Assembly (NCBI GenBank): GCA_964480705.1
Contig: CAYZPC010000004.1
Coordinates: 387 to 64,386, forward strand
Reading direction: 5' to 3'
DNA: 64,000 bases
Origin: an uncultured archaeon
GTDB taxonomy: Archaea > Iainarchaeota > Iainarchaeia > Iainarchaeales > VGJJ01
Part shown: positions 1-9,462 of the stretch, one piece after another
Position numbering within the stretch: the stretch's first letter is position 1
Layout: every line of letters starts with the position of its first letter
The notes under the pieces: model-generated
Told to the model about the DNA's origin: nothing
Database searches by the model: none
The model's input: the letters and a program-made list of their open reading frames with translations, nothing else
Translations under genes and position numbers: made by a program

Positions 1-339
1 TATGTATTCCTAGAATTTTTTTCAAGCACTGCGATGAGCCTCGTAGTGTTTGTCAGTCACAACCAAGGAAGGGGGATAACCCATGCGCGTCGAAGTCACC
101 GAGGAATTGCGTCTAAAGTTGCTTGAAGAAGAGTTTAAGCTCCGCTCAAAGCAGCCTACCGCTTGGACGAAAACAAAATTTCGCCCATACGCTAATTTCC
201 GCAGACCTAAGACGGAACAAGTTGTCCAGTAAGACAACTTGCCCGTGGGATTCCGAGAAAGTATTTCTCGGAAATAATTTCTTTTTCTATTTTGTTTTTC
301 GTTCACTATCCTTAAATAGCCGCTTTTCCTTTTCGAAGT

Positions 340-804
340 ATGGAAATTAACCGCGTCACGATTGGAATTGGATTGCTCATCATTGTCGGCCTCGCCGCAG
401 TGTATGTATTATCCCCCACCCTCTCCCCCACTGCTCTCGCCGCCGGAGCACTGCCCTCGGCATTACCCACCTACAATCCTTTCATCGGAAAAGTCACGCA
501 CGCGATTGAAAAAACATTTGCCAACAATCCTCAAGCCGTCGTTGAACAAACCGGACGCGTTGGTTTACTTCTACCGGGAGGAAACTCGGTGCAATTCGCT
601 ACTGACTCCACCACCTCCGATCAAGATGTTGTCATCATTCTCAACGCAACGACTAATACACTTACAAAATTCAATACTTATCCAACGTTTGTGCAGAACG
701 AGTTCACATACGTTCCCGCCGAACAGCTCGCAAATGAAGGGCCCTATATTGTTGCGCTATACCCTGCGGGATTTTATCTCATGCCCGTAAATGTGGAGAG
801 TTAA
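340..804 (+). CDS. hypothetical protein with an N-terminal TM/signal anchor, probably extracytoplasmic
   Basis: 154-aa ORF with an N-terminal hydrophobic helix (IGIGLLIIVGLAAVYVL); no recognisable motif. Confidence 0.4.
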   Translation: MEINRVTIGIGLLIIVGLAAVYVLSPTLSPTALAAGALPSALPTYNPFIGKVTHAIEKTFANNPQAVVEQTGRVGLLLPGGNSVQFATDSTTSDQDVVIILNATTNTLTKFNTYPTFVQNEFTYVPAEQLANEGPYIVALYPAGFYLMPVNVES

Positions 805-806
805 TC

Positions 807-1184
807 ATGCGCACCAACGAATGGTATGTGACAGTTGGCATGATATTGATTACCTATTTCACACTAGCCCTTCTCCCCAACTATCGATTATTCACCATGA
901 TTATTTTTTCATTTATTTTTGCTGCGATTGTCGCACGCGACGAATGGAGACTCGGCCGCATAGTGCTTCAAACCATTGTCCCGCTCCTAATTAGTGTGGT
1001 TCTCCTCTTCTCCGTTGCACTCGTGAGTTCTTCCCTCGATGCTAACTCCCCTCTTTCCTCCGGGCAAGCACCCGCGTTCGCACTCGCGTGTATTGTCCTG
1101 TTGTTTTTGAGTGTTCTGATTGGTGTTCCCCTCGCGTGGCTGGGTGCGCAGACGCGGCGTTTTTCAAATCCATCTCCTGCATAG
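807..1184 (+). CDS. hypothetical integral membrane protein (3–4 TM)
   Basis: 125-aa ORF with several hydrophobic helices; its 3' ~140 nt overlap convergently with the 3' end of the 1252-aa gene, so one of the two ends may be mis-called. Confidence 0.3.
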   Translation: MRTNEWYVTVGMILITYFTLALLPNYRLFTMIIFSFIFAAIVARDEWRLGRIVLQTIVPLLISVVLLFSVALVSSSLDANSPLSSGQAPAFALACIVLLFLSVLIGVPLAWLGAQTRRFSNPSPA

Positions 1185-4100
1185 CTGCTGCGCGGGGGAT
1201 TACTTGTTTTTGAATCACCACTTGATTTTTTTTCTTCCACTCTTTCCACCCTATCCACACAATAACGAGTAAAATTACTCCCGCTATCGGCCACACGACT
1301 GGAGGGAGGGAAATTAGCCCTGTTGCCTTGCTGCCATTCACAAACAATAACACACTCTGTGCCACAAAAAGACCTTTACCAAACTCGCCTTTTTCGTTCG
1401 CCGCATTAGCTTTTGCCACTGCTGATACAATATCCTCATTACTATTTCCGCTTGTTTCGCGCTTCAATTCAGCCACGCGCTCCACACTCGTATTTCGCAC
1501 GCTCCGCAGCGCACTTTCCATTTCTCCTTGAATTTGTTTCAATTCTTCACTCATTTCTTTCCATGTTTCTTGGTTTTTTCTCCATTCTTCTATTTGTTTT
1601 TCCTCGCTTAATTTTACCATCTTTTTTTCCATTGATGCAATTGTTTTTCCGTGGTTTGAAAGTATTTTTTTAGAATTTTTCAGCGAATCCTCCATTATAG
1701 GACAAATAAATCCAACTCCTGATAGTTTTTCACACCCCACACTAATTGCTTTCTCATATTCACTCGCCGCCTCACTTGCGTTCTTCCATATTTGCACATT
1801 TTCTTCCAACCAGTTGTTTTCACCACCGCTCTTTTTTTCATCCACACTCTTCTTGTTCTCTTTTTCATCAACCAATTTGACCAATGCTTCTCTCCATTTT
1901 GGAAAGTTCATTTTTTGGCGCGCTGCTTCTCCTGCGCGCACCCACAAATTATTTTCATCCGCTCCTTGCAGTGCGTGCATCCATTCGCTTTCCAATTGTG
2001 CAAACTCTTCTTCCAATAATTCTTTCTTGACCAGTAACCCACTGACTTCCATTTGCATCTCGCTCACTTTTTGCGCCAATGCTGCACTATTTTTTTCATT
2101 ATTCAACGCATACATTTTCATTTTGCTCTTTTTTGCCGCCGAACTAATCTCCTGAAAAGACGACTTTTCAAGCGCTTCCAGCTCTAACCTGAGATACTCT
2201 ACCGTGCTCAACCACTCTTCTAATCCTTCCTCTCGCTCCACCCGCACCCCATACGAACGCGTTCCTTGGGCAGGAATAACCTGCTTTACCAAAACTATCC
2301 CTCCGGCCGCATCCACTATTTCAGAAACTTTTTCTCCATTTTCATTCGAAATAAAAATACTATTCGCGCCTGCCCCACTCACCCCTGTAGAAATATTGGC
2401 CGTCACCTCTCCACTCAACCCATTTCGCACATTCACGCGATAGTATGTGAATTCTCTCCCCCATTCGGCGTGATGATTTTCAAGCGCCGTGTCTACGTGA
2501 ATGAGGTCGTTAACGCGGTATGATATTCGAACTTCCGTCGCTCCTTTCTCGAGGCGCGCGTTCCATTCTCCATTTTGAATACTCGCCGTTTTTCCACCCA
2601 CATAAACAAGCGGAAGCGCTTCCATCCCCGTTTCAGGAGGAAACCATTTTCCGCTTACTTGAATAGGATAAAAATGGGTTTCGAGCACGAAACGTTCATC
2701 CACCTGCGCATTATCACCAAGAGTGTTCACTCTCCACACTCTGCCAGTTTCGCGAACCCACGCCCCGCTCCCTTTTCCTCGAATAATAATGTCTTCTTTC
2801 CCAATGTTTTCCGACTCGAAAATCAACATCTCTCCATCCACCACTCCGCTCCACCCATCCGAAATTTCTTCAATACTTTCTATTCCTGGATTTGGAAGAA
2901 TAACCAAACTCCCTATACGCAGTTGTTCATTCCAATGCGCCCGCACCCTCACCTCAATCTCAACCCACTCTTCTTTTCCCATACTTATTTTTTCAGGATA
3001 AACGATTTTCCATTTTGCTTCGGCAAAAGCCCCATTAATCATTTCTCTAACTGCATTCTCTATTTCTGCTTGGCTATTTTCAAGCTCTCCAATTTCTTTC
3101 TGCAATTCCTCTGTGCGCAAGAATTCTTTTTCGCCCACCATCATTTCCTTTATTTGCTTCATTTTTTCTAAAGCATTTTTTTCCTCCGGCCAGTCTAGCG
3201 TATATGAGGCATTTTCGAGCGCGCGTTCATATTGCTGCATCACTGCTTTCAGCTCTTTCCATTCTTTTACTAAAAATTGGTTATCATATTCTCTCACGCG
3301 GCTCATCAGCGCCGCTTCACACGCATCGCTTTTTGCATTCTCAAAATACTCCACAAACCACTCCTCGCTTGTTAGTTCTGTGTCGAGCGCTTCCTCGACG
3401 TTATTCAATTTTTTCACGCATGCGCGCAGTCTGCCTTCATTCACGCTTCTGATTTTTTGATTAGCATTATTTTCAAGCAGAATGCGCTCATCCACTATTT
3501 TTGCACAATCATCTGCACTCACTTTGGTATTTTCTTCACTCCCCATTTTCCATTTTCCACATTCCGCGCCCATTTTTTCAAATAACATTTCTGTTTTTTC
3601 CATTTTTTCCCGAATACTTTCTCCTTTTCGCTGCCATTTTCTCCATTCAGCCGCACGTTTGCCTATTGGAACACTGTTTTGCACGCGTGCACTATGCAGC
3701 GCAGAATATTCATTTTTCCACTCCCGCACAATTTCAATAAAATCATCTTCTTTCACGTATTCGAATTCGACTAATTCATTCTCCCCGTTTAACACTCCAC
3801 TATTTTTCCATTTTTTTCCTTCGCTATCAATAATTCTCGCTTTTTCTTCCATTTCCACGATAGCCTCTGCTCCCTTCGCATTATTTTGTTCTTCTTCTGC
3901 GGCTAATTCACTAATAGCTGAATCAAATTTTCCCATTTTTTCCCACGCCTCAAAAATAATCCCATTTTGCGGAGCAGTAACCTGCTCGAGTTGTGCAATC
4001 ACTTCATTCGCACGAATCGTCGACACAAGTGAAAGCGCGTTGCCGCTTTTCCTTTTTCCTAGAAATGCACTTAGCGCGCCCTGCCACAATGGAGAAACCG

Positions 4101-4800
4101 CCATCAAAATCCGCACGCGATCCGGAACAGCAATATTCACGCCCGTGCGATACGTTCCATACACTGCATTCCATTCCACCCCATATTTGCCTGCTTTATT
4201 TTGTGAAATTTGTTTTCCAATATTTTCAAAATACTCTCGATTACTTTGCTGCATTTGCGACCATTCACTAACTGGATTTTGCGTTTCCATTCCGTGAACC
4301 ATTTGCACGATTTCCGCGTATTCTTCAAATGCTTTCGTATCTTTCACATTTTCCAATTCCAACTCCGCGCCCCGCACCACTGCTCTTTGCAGGGTGCGGT
4401 AGGTAAACTCCTGCGCCTCTTCACTATTTCTCAGCGCGCTCTGCAATTCACTCGCGCTTGCCACCGCTCCCGGAAGAATATCTGCAATACTCAATGCCGC
4501 ACAGCCGCGGTGAATCTGTTCAATGCTCGTCGATGCTGCCCGAATGGCACTCCACGCTCCTGCCACCCCTTTCCGTGCGCGGATGGAATCGCTTCCTACT
4601 GGAATTTGCTCAAACACACGCATGGGGTGAGTTTCGTCCAATCGCGCCTCGCATTCTTGAGGGGTTTTGCATTCCGGGATGAGCGAAGGCTGCGTATCAG
4701 TGGAGAGTAAACATAGCTGCGCCTCCCCTGGAGACAATTTTCCCTCCAAGCACCCGCTTCCTATTAGAATTAGCATTCCGAGCAAGATGATTTTGCGCAT
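1042..4800 (-). CDS. large secreted coiled-coil surface protein (1252 aa) with a signal peptide / lipobox-like Cys and a C-terminal TM helix followed by a KKK cluster
   Basis: N-terminus MRKIILLGMLILIGSGCLEGK (signal peptide, SGC lipobox-like); long E/K-rich heptad-like regions; C-terminal PPVVWPIAGVILLVIVWIGWKEWKKK; the plus-strand ORFs inside it are low-complexity antisense artefacts. Confidence 0.7.
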   Translation of the reverse strand: MRKIILLGMLILIGSGCLEGKLSPGEAQLCLLSTDTQPSLIPECKTPQECEARLDETHPMRVFEQIPVGSDSIRARKGVAGAWSAIRAASTSIEQIHRGCAALSIADILPGAVASASELQSALRNSEEAQEFTYRTLQRAVVRGAELELENVKDTKAFEEYAEIVQMVHGMETQNPVSEWSQMQQSNREYFENIGKQISQNKAGKYGVEWNAVYGTYRTGVNIAVPDRVRILMAVSPLWQGALSAFLGKRKSGNALSLVSTIRANEVIAQLEQVTAPQNGIIFEAWEKMGKFDSAISELAAEEEQNNAKGAEAIVEMEEKARIIDSEGKKWKNSGVLNGENELVEFEYVKEDDFIEIVREWKNEYSALHSARVQNSVPIGKRAAEWRKWQRKGESIREKMEKTEMLFEKMGAECGKWKMGSEENTKVSADDCAKIVDERILLENNANQKIRSVNEGRLRACVKKLNNVEEALDTELTSEEWFVEYFENAKSDACEAALMSRVREYDNQFLVKEWKELKAVMQQYERALENASYTLDWPEEKNALEKMKQIKEMMVGEKEFLRTEELQKEIGELENSQAEIENAVREMINGAFAEAKWKIVYPEKISMGKEEWVEIEVRVRAHWNEQLRIGSLVILPNPGIESIEEISDGWSGVVDGEMLIFESENIGKEDIIIRGKGSGAWVRETGRVWRVNTLGDNAQVDERFVLETHFYPIQVSGKWFPPETGMEALPLVYVGGKTASIQNGEWNARLEKGATEVRISYRVNDLIHVDTALENHHAEWGREFTYYRVNVRNGLSGEVTANISTGVSGAGANSIFISNENGEKVSEIVDAAGGIVLVKQVIPAQGTRSYGVRVEREEGLEEWLSTVEYLRLELEALEKSSFQEISSAAKKSKMKMYALNNEKNSAALAQKVSEMQMEVSGLLVKKELLEEEFAQLESEWMHALQGADENNLWVRAGEAARQKMNFPKWREALVKLVDEKENKKSVDEKKSGGENNWLEENVQIWKNASEAASEYEKAISVGCEKLSGVGFICPIMEDSLKNSKKILSNHGKTIASMEKKMVKLSEEKQIEEWRKNQETWKEMSEELKQIQGEMESALRSVRNTSVERVAELKRETSGNSNEDIVSAVAKANAANEKGEFGKGLFVAQSVLLFVNGSKATGLISLPPVVWPIAGVILLVIVWIGWKEWKKKNQVVIQKQVIPRAAAMQEMDLKNAASAHPATRGEHQSEHSKTTGQYTRVRTRVLARRKEGS

Positions 4801-4846
4801 GCACGCTCACGTTGCGCGGATGAATTAAAAATCTAGGGAAAATTTT

Positions 4847-5104
4847 TCACGTGCACTCATCAACCGCTGCTTTCCCATGACTCAAGTTTATTCCATTCAC
4901 TAAACAATCCACCTGCTCCTTGAGTAATTTGTTTTGCGCTTGAATTGATTCCGTGTTCTGCACTAATTGTGTTTTTCCGGGGTTAATCCAGGGAGACAGC
5001 GCATCGCTAATACTCGCCCCCAAAATAATTCCCACTAAAATGAGTCCAATTCCCAATGCCATTTTTCCCGAAATGCCTGACTTTTCTCTATTTTCACTGC
5101 TCAT
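4847..5104 (-). CDS. small membrane protein, hypothetical
   Basis: 85 aa with one TM helix (MALGIGLILVGIILGA), immediately upstream of the large surface-protein gene. Confidence 0.35.
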   Translation of the reverse strand: MSSENREKSGISGKMALGIGLILVGIILGASISDALSPWINPGKTQLVQNTESIQAQNKLLKEQVDCLVNGINLSHGKAAVDECT

Positions 5105-5148
5105 GCGTGTCCCTCTTTCTCATCATGGCAGGGTGATTAATAATCCCT

Positions 5149-5562
5149 TTGGTTTTGCCTTCTTTCATGCGCGCCCGCTGGTTTGCACCCTTGCTGAATC
5201 GGCCCGTGGGCGCTACTCAATTTCTCAAAGAACAATTTCCCGCTGTAAAGTTTCATTTAGAAAAACGTATTATCCGCGGCGGAAAAATGTACCGCTGGAT
5301 TCGATTTGATTTAGATGGAAAAACAGTTCTACGCGCACGCGCGGTTGTTGATTTACAAAAATCTCGGCCCGCCATTTCAAAAGCACTGCGCAAAACCGAT
5401 TTGCCAATTGGTTCTATCATTCAAAAATACCATGTCAAGCGCACGCGCCTTAAATCTACTACTCGCAGCCGCTCATTTCACTTTTTAGGGGATTTGCACG
5501 CGAGCGTGTGGGAGCGCTTCTACCATCTTCCCCCTACTCAGATTGATTCTTCATCTGATTGA
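5149..5562 (+). CDS. conserved hypothetical protein, tandem paralog A
   Basis: 137 aa; shares the motifs FDLxGxTxxRAR and RTRxxxTxRSRSFHFxGxLHxxxWERFYxLP with the next ORF. Confidence 0.5.
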   Translation: MVLPSFMRARWFAPLLNRPVGATQFLKEQFPAVKFHLEKRIIRGGKMYRWIRFDLDGKTVLRARAVVDLQKSRPAISKALRKTDLPIGSIIQKYHVKRTRLKSTTRSRSFHFLGDLHASVWERFYHLPPTQIDSSSD

Positions 5563-5629
5563 GGCGGACGCTCTCCCCTTTTCTCTTTATTTCCGCCCTC
5601 CTTATTAACAAAAAAAAGGTATATTCGCC

Positions 5630-6022
5630 ATGCGCCCGCCTGAAAAGAGATGGTACGCTTCCCTGCTAAAGCACCCGCGCGGAACAGCCGAGTTGATTCA
5701 CACTATTTTTCCTTCTGCGCAGTTTGTATTGGAGAAGCAAGAGAAAAAAACCAACAAACTTGTCCGGCATGTTCGATTCGATTTGCGGGGTCAAACTATC
5801 ATGCGTGCGCGTTCTGAAATTGATGTACTAAAGACATCTCCTAAAGTTTTGAAATTGTTGCAGGAAAATAAAATTCCTCTTGGAATAATTCTAAAAAAAT
5901 TTAATATTCGCCACACCCGCGTCAAATGCACCTCCCGCACGCGTTCATTTCATTTCATTGGCGAGTTGCATGGGAAAATTTGGGAACGATTTTACTATTT
6001 GCCAAAAGAAGATTCAAAATAA
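5630..6022 (+). CDS. conserved hypothetical protein, tandem paralog B
   Basis: 130 aa; collinear similarity to 5149..5562 (VRFDLRGQTIMRAR … TRSFHFIGELHGKIWERFYYLP). Confidence 0.5.
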   Translation: MRPPEKRWYASLLKHPRGTAELIHTIFPSAQFVLEKQEKKTNKLVRHVRFDLRGQTIMRARSEIDVLKTSPKVLKLLQENKIPLGIILKKFNIRHTRVKCTSRTRSFHFIGELHGKIWERFYYLPKEDSK

Positions 6023-6035
6023 TACTCCATTTTTT

Positions 6036-7184
6036 TCACTGCATGACGCCCATGTCATTTGGACTTTCTTTCACAGCTTGCGTGCCCTTTGAATACAATT
6101 CCGCATTCAAATTTTCCGGGGCGTGCTCCACATTCACGAGTTCAAAAAATTTATCAAAATCAATCCATGTTTTTTTGTTATACTTTTTCTTCGCAAGCAA
6201 AATAACATCGCTCGGAACATGTTCGCTGGCAAATTCATAATCGCCTTTCAAAAACTCCAGCACGCGCATTCCAAATTCTTTCACATATTCGTGCGTGGGC
6301 ATATGTTCGCGTGTCAATCGCTTCTGGCTTTCTCCCACGTGCATATACCCTTTGATTTCCACAAAATCCATGTCGGCCTTGCGAATCAACTCAGCATATT
6401 TTTCAGGAAGCACATCATTGATTCCTTTTACAATTGTTAAACGCGCGGTGGTGCGATATTTTTTCTCCGCACAATATTCCAAACTCTTCTGATAGCGCTC
6501 CCAATAATCATTGAACAATGGCACATCCACTTCTTTCAAAATTTCTTTCGTTGGCGCGTCCAAACTCAAATATAATTGTGTAATTGTGTGCAAATTCTTA
6601 ATCGCTTCCGGATACTGTGCATTCGTCACTAAAAATGTGGAAATTCCTTTCGCATGAAATGCTTTGCACAACTGATTCATCTTCGGATAAATAATGGGTT
6701 CGCCCGTCAAACTTAACGCGACGTGACCAACATGTTTGCTCTGTTCAAATGCGGCACGCGAAACTTTTTCATTTCCGCCAAACCCGTTTAGTAATGTGAG
6801 GTGCGCTTTGATTGCTTCTTCAATAATAAAATCAGGTTCATCGACTTCCCAATTCCATTCTTTTGAAACCGGTGCTTTGTACCCACGCCAACAAAATGTA
6901 CAGCGGTTGGCACAACTCATGTTAACCGTCATCTGCATGCATTTGTGGGATTGAATTCCATAAAATTTGAATTTGTAACAGCCGCCTTCTCCGCGCAGCA
7001 TGTTTTTAGTCCACCCGCACACTTTTACCGCGGAATGATTTCCCACGACGCGGTATTGCTGTTTCTCTAGCTCCGCGCGGTAGCGGGGGGATAACTGCCC
7101 GGCGTTTTCCCCACCCTCTTCTGACGTCTGAGCGCGGATATCTTCTGCCAAAATGGGGTTTTGCTCCAAAATAGGGAGGTTCAT
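6036..7184 (-). CDS. taw1: tRNA 4-demethylwyosine synthase (radical SAM), TYW1/Taw1
   Basis: Radical-SAM CxxxCxxC motif CANRCTFCWRG plus flanking TYW1-type motifs (YRVVGNHSAVKVCGWTK, GCYKFKFYGIQSHKC, LSLDAPTKE); start moved to the ATG at 7184 because the 65-aa upstream extension in the ORF track is GC-rich and non-protein-like. Confidence 0.85.
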   Translation of the reverse strand: MNLPILEQNPILAEDIRAQTSEEGGENAGQLSPRYRAELEKQQYRVVGNHSAVKVCGWTKNMLRGEGGCYKFKFYGIQSHKCMQMTVNMSCANRCTFCWRGYKAPVSKEWNWEVDEPDFIIEEAIKAHLTLLNGFGGNEKVSRAAFEQSKHVGHVALSLTGEPIIYPKMNQLCKAFHAKGISTFLVTNAQYPEAIKNLHTITQLYLSLDAPTKEILKEVDVPLFNDYWERYQKSLEYCAEKKYRTTARLTIVKGINDVLPEKYAELIRKADMDFVEIKGYMHVGESQKRLTREHMPTHEYVKEFGMRVLEFLKGDYEFASEHVPSDVILLAKKKYNKKTWIDFDKFFELVNVEHAPENLNAELYSKGTQAVKESPNDMGVMQ

Positions 7185-7189
7185 ACACT

Positions 7190-7485
7190 CAAATCCAGCC
7201 GAATCGTTAAAAACCGGCCCGCCGATACCCTCAAAAAGTCCAAAAGTGGGGGGTTTCCATGGCAAGTGAACCCCACGTCTATCGGAAGAGGCGGTTTGAG
7301 ACCCCGTACGAGTTTCGCAAGCGCCTCGAACAGGACGCCCTCCGCGACATCCGGCCGCACCCCAATCCAGACCGTCCACCCATCCGCCGTGCCCGGAGAA
7401 AACGCGAATAACATAACCTATTGGCCTTATTTTCCGCGCGCTTGGAAAACGTTTTTATATCCGCTTTACGTTCTTCCCGCACATA
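7190..7485. ncRNA. candidate structured non-coding RNA in a GC-rich divergent intergenic region; possibly SRP RNA or RNase P RNA, strand unresolved
   Basis: ~300-nt region with no convincing ORF, ~60% GC versus ~47% around it; several stable hairpins (e.g. GGGGGGUU…AACCCCAC); weak RNase-P-like motifs on the + strand (AAAGUCC near 7236; ACAUAAC…GGCCUUA near 7410) and SRP Alu-like CGGCGGAUGGGUGGA on the − strand; none decisive. Confidence 0.25.
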
Positions 7486-7500
7486 GGGGGTTTGTTTACT

Positions 7501-7770
7501 ATGTACAAGTATGCCATTGCCCGCCAGTTGGCGACCAAAAGAGTGATTACGAATCGAGGGGATGAAGTCGGACGCTTGTCAGACTTGCTTGTCGATGAGA
7601 ATTCGGGGAACATTGAAGCATTAATCGTCGAAGTGGACGCCGAGTCAAAAGTCATCAAACGAATGAATATGCAGGACCGCGTCATTCAAATTCCGTACGC
7701 TGCCGTCACCGCCGTTTCAGACGTTTTTATTGTTGACGAACGCGAAATTACTTCATTAGATGAGAAATAA
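7501..7770 (+). CDS. PRC-barrel domain protein
   Basis: 89 aa (MYKYAIARQLATKRVITNRGDEVGRLSDLLVDENSGNIEALIVE…), typical of small archaeal PRC-barrel proteins; ATG at 7501 chosen over the TTG at 7492. Confidence 0.6.
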   Translation: MYKYAIARQLATKRVITNRGDEVGRLSDLLVDENSGNIEALIVEVDAESKVIKRMNMQDRVIQIPYAAVTAVSDVFIVDEREITSLDEK

Positions 7771-7794
7771 GGGTTTGTTTCAACCAAACCCCCA

Positions 7795-8739
7795 CTATTT
7801 TTCATGGATGTCTAATTCTACCGTTCCATTTTCCGCATCAATGCGCGTGACGTAGGGCATTTTCTTCTTGATTTCATCCACTATTTTTCTCTCGGGGATT
7901 TTTTGTTTCAACCCGCGCTGCACTGCATCCAACAACAATTGCACTTCTTGAAAATTGGCATACACCCATTCCCCTTCCTTCTGCTTCGCTTCAATTTTTT
8001 TCTCCCATTCCTTCAATAATTCTTTTTGACGCTCTGCGTTCACGCGCAGCGCCTGCTTTTGCGATTCCAATTTGCTATCCACGAGTGGTTTTTTCCACTC
8101 CTCAATAATTTTTTCTTCCATTTCCGAAAAAATAGTTTGAATGGGAACTGCTTTTGAATTTTTTTCAAACACCGGGAGCAATTGCAATCGATTCTTTTCA
8201 GCTGTTAATGTGTATCCGTGGATTTTTTTTCCCAGCATCTCTTCAAGCGGATGTTTGTTCTTCCGTTCATTTTGCGGAGCCACATATTTCTCGCGCATTT
8301 TGAGGGTGCGTCCTTTCCATTCTTTGGCGCGGTGCACAAACTGAATAATATCTTTTTCATTCGTAATAATCAGGTTTCCTTCTCCAAATAATTCAACAAT
8401 AATGTTCGCACTATCTCCTCGCAACACGAGAATGCGGTCCATTCCTAATTGTTCTACGTGAACGATGCGCAAGTTATCCAACATTTTTTTGGTTGCGTTT
8501 ACAATCGGAGGCTGCTCTTCCGCATTTTCCCACTTTCTAGCAGATTCAATGAGCAAATGGGGGAGGGCGATGATTAATTGAATCGTATTCTGTTTCGTGT
8601 GAATTTTCAGCACGAATGTGTCCTCGTGCACGGCACGCAATTGCTGAACATATCCTCCTGACAACTCTTCATTCCATTTTTGGACAAGCGTGTGCAAAGT
8701 GACGCCGGGGACTTCGATGGTATTCGTACTCATACTCAT
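7795..8739 (-). CDS. NFACT-N-like protein (Rqc2/FbpA N-terminal domain homolog), short form
   Basis: 314 aa with N-terminal similarity to the NFACT-N / COG1293 family (…LKIHTKQNTIQLIIALPHLLIESARKW…) and a K/E-rich coiled-coil C-terminus; lacks the usual C-terminal domains. Confidence 0.45.
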   Translation of the reverse strand: MSMSTNTIEVPGVTLHTLVQKWNEELSGGYVQQLRAVHEDTFVLKIHTKQNTIQLIIALPHLLIESARKWENAEEQPPIVNATKKMLDNLRIVHVEQLGMDRILVLRGDSANIIVELFGEGNLIITNEKDIIQFVHRAKEWKGRTLKMREKYVAPQNERKNKHPLEEMLGKKIHGYTLTAEKNRLQLLPVFEKNSKAVPIQTIFSEMEEKIIEEWKKPLVDSKLESQKQALRVNAERQKELLKEWEKKIEAKQKEGEWVYANFQEVQLLLDAVQRGLKQKIPERKIVDEIKKKMPYVTRIDAENGTVELDIHEK

Positions 8740-8794
8740 TTCCTCTTTGTTTTCCTTTTTAGGATGCGCGGTCGGTGTGGGGGCATTTTTCTAT

Positions 8795-9376
8795 TTACAT
8801 GAACTGTTCATACGTTGCTGCGTTGAAACGGTAGAGTGCGCGCTTCAATTTTTTTCCATCAAACCGATATTTTTTGAAAACAAATGATTTGTCTCCATAG
8901 TATTTGAAAAAACCGTGATTTACACTCGGGTCCAGTAGGAGCGTTTTACCATTCACGTCCGTCATCACCACGGCGTGCGTGCGCAAGTCTTCCATCTCCA
9001 TGACATACACCATTGCTTTCTCATCACCCATTGCAAACAGTGCGGTGCACACGAGCACAGCTAAGTCTTCATCATCCGACACTTTGTGCGCGAGAATATC
9101 GGTGGGTGTGAGCCAGAAATTGATATTCAACTCATTCGGAGTGTAGCGGATTTCCTGCGTCACAAATTCAAACAATTGCTGTGCCGTAAACAAATAATCT
9201 TTTTCATACACAAATGTTTCAGGCTTGAATTTGGCCACGAGGCTTTGCACGCTCAAATCGTCCGGATTGATGAGGGCTTTAATCTCACCCACGGTGCGCT
9301 GCTCTTTCTGGTTGATAATGTCGGCATACTTGTCGAGCAGCATCTTGTAAAAAACAAGTTTATTGTCGGATTTCAT
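8795..9376 (-). CDS. transglutaminase-like (Cys-His-Asp papain-fold) superfamily protein
   Basis: 193 aa with a candidate catalytic triad in the order and spacing of the transglutaminase-like fold: VLVCTALFAMGD … THAVVMTD … LLLDPS. Confidence 0.45.
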   Translation of the reverse strand: MKSDNKLVFYKMLLDKYADIINQKEQRTVGEIKALINPDDLSVQSLVAKFKPETFVYEKDYLFTAQQLFEFVTQEIRYTPNELNINFWLTPTDILAHKVSDDEDLAVLVCTALFAMGDEKAMVYVMEMEDLRTHAVVMTDVNGKTLLLDPSVNHGFFKYYGDKSFVFKKYRFDGKKLKRALYRFNAATYEQFM

Positions 9377-9462
9377 ACACGTTCATATACATAAGTTGGC
9401 GGGACTTTTAACCCCTCCTTCGATGCAAGGGGGTTTTTATTGCCGATTTAAATGGTTTCTCC

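Noticed and set aside
1328-4710. Many 60–270-aa plus-strand ORFs (e.g. 2575..3171, 3482..4297, 4210..4710)
   Set aside because: They are antisense to the 1252-aa coiled-coil gene and have low-complexity F/S/L-rich translations typical of antisense frames of E/K-rich genes
7006-7565. ORFs 7006..7188, 7161..7565, 7181..7414, 7279..7482 and the 65-aa N-terminal extension of taw1
   Set aside because: They lie in the GC-rich intergenic region; the Arg/Gly/Pro-rich translations are not protein-like, and taw1 has a good internal start at 7184
9086-9394. 102-aa plus-strand ORF and others opposite the transglutaminase-like gene
   Set aside because: Antisense overlap; no motif; the minus-strand gene has the Cys/His/Asp arrangement
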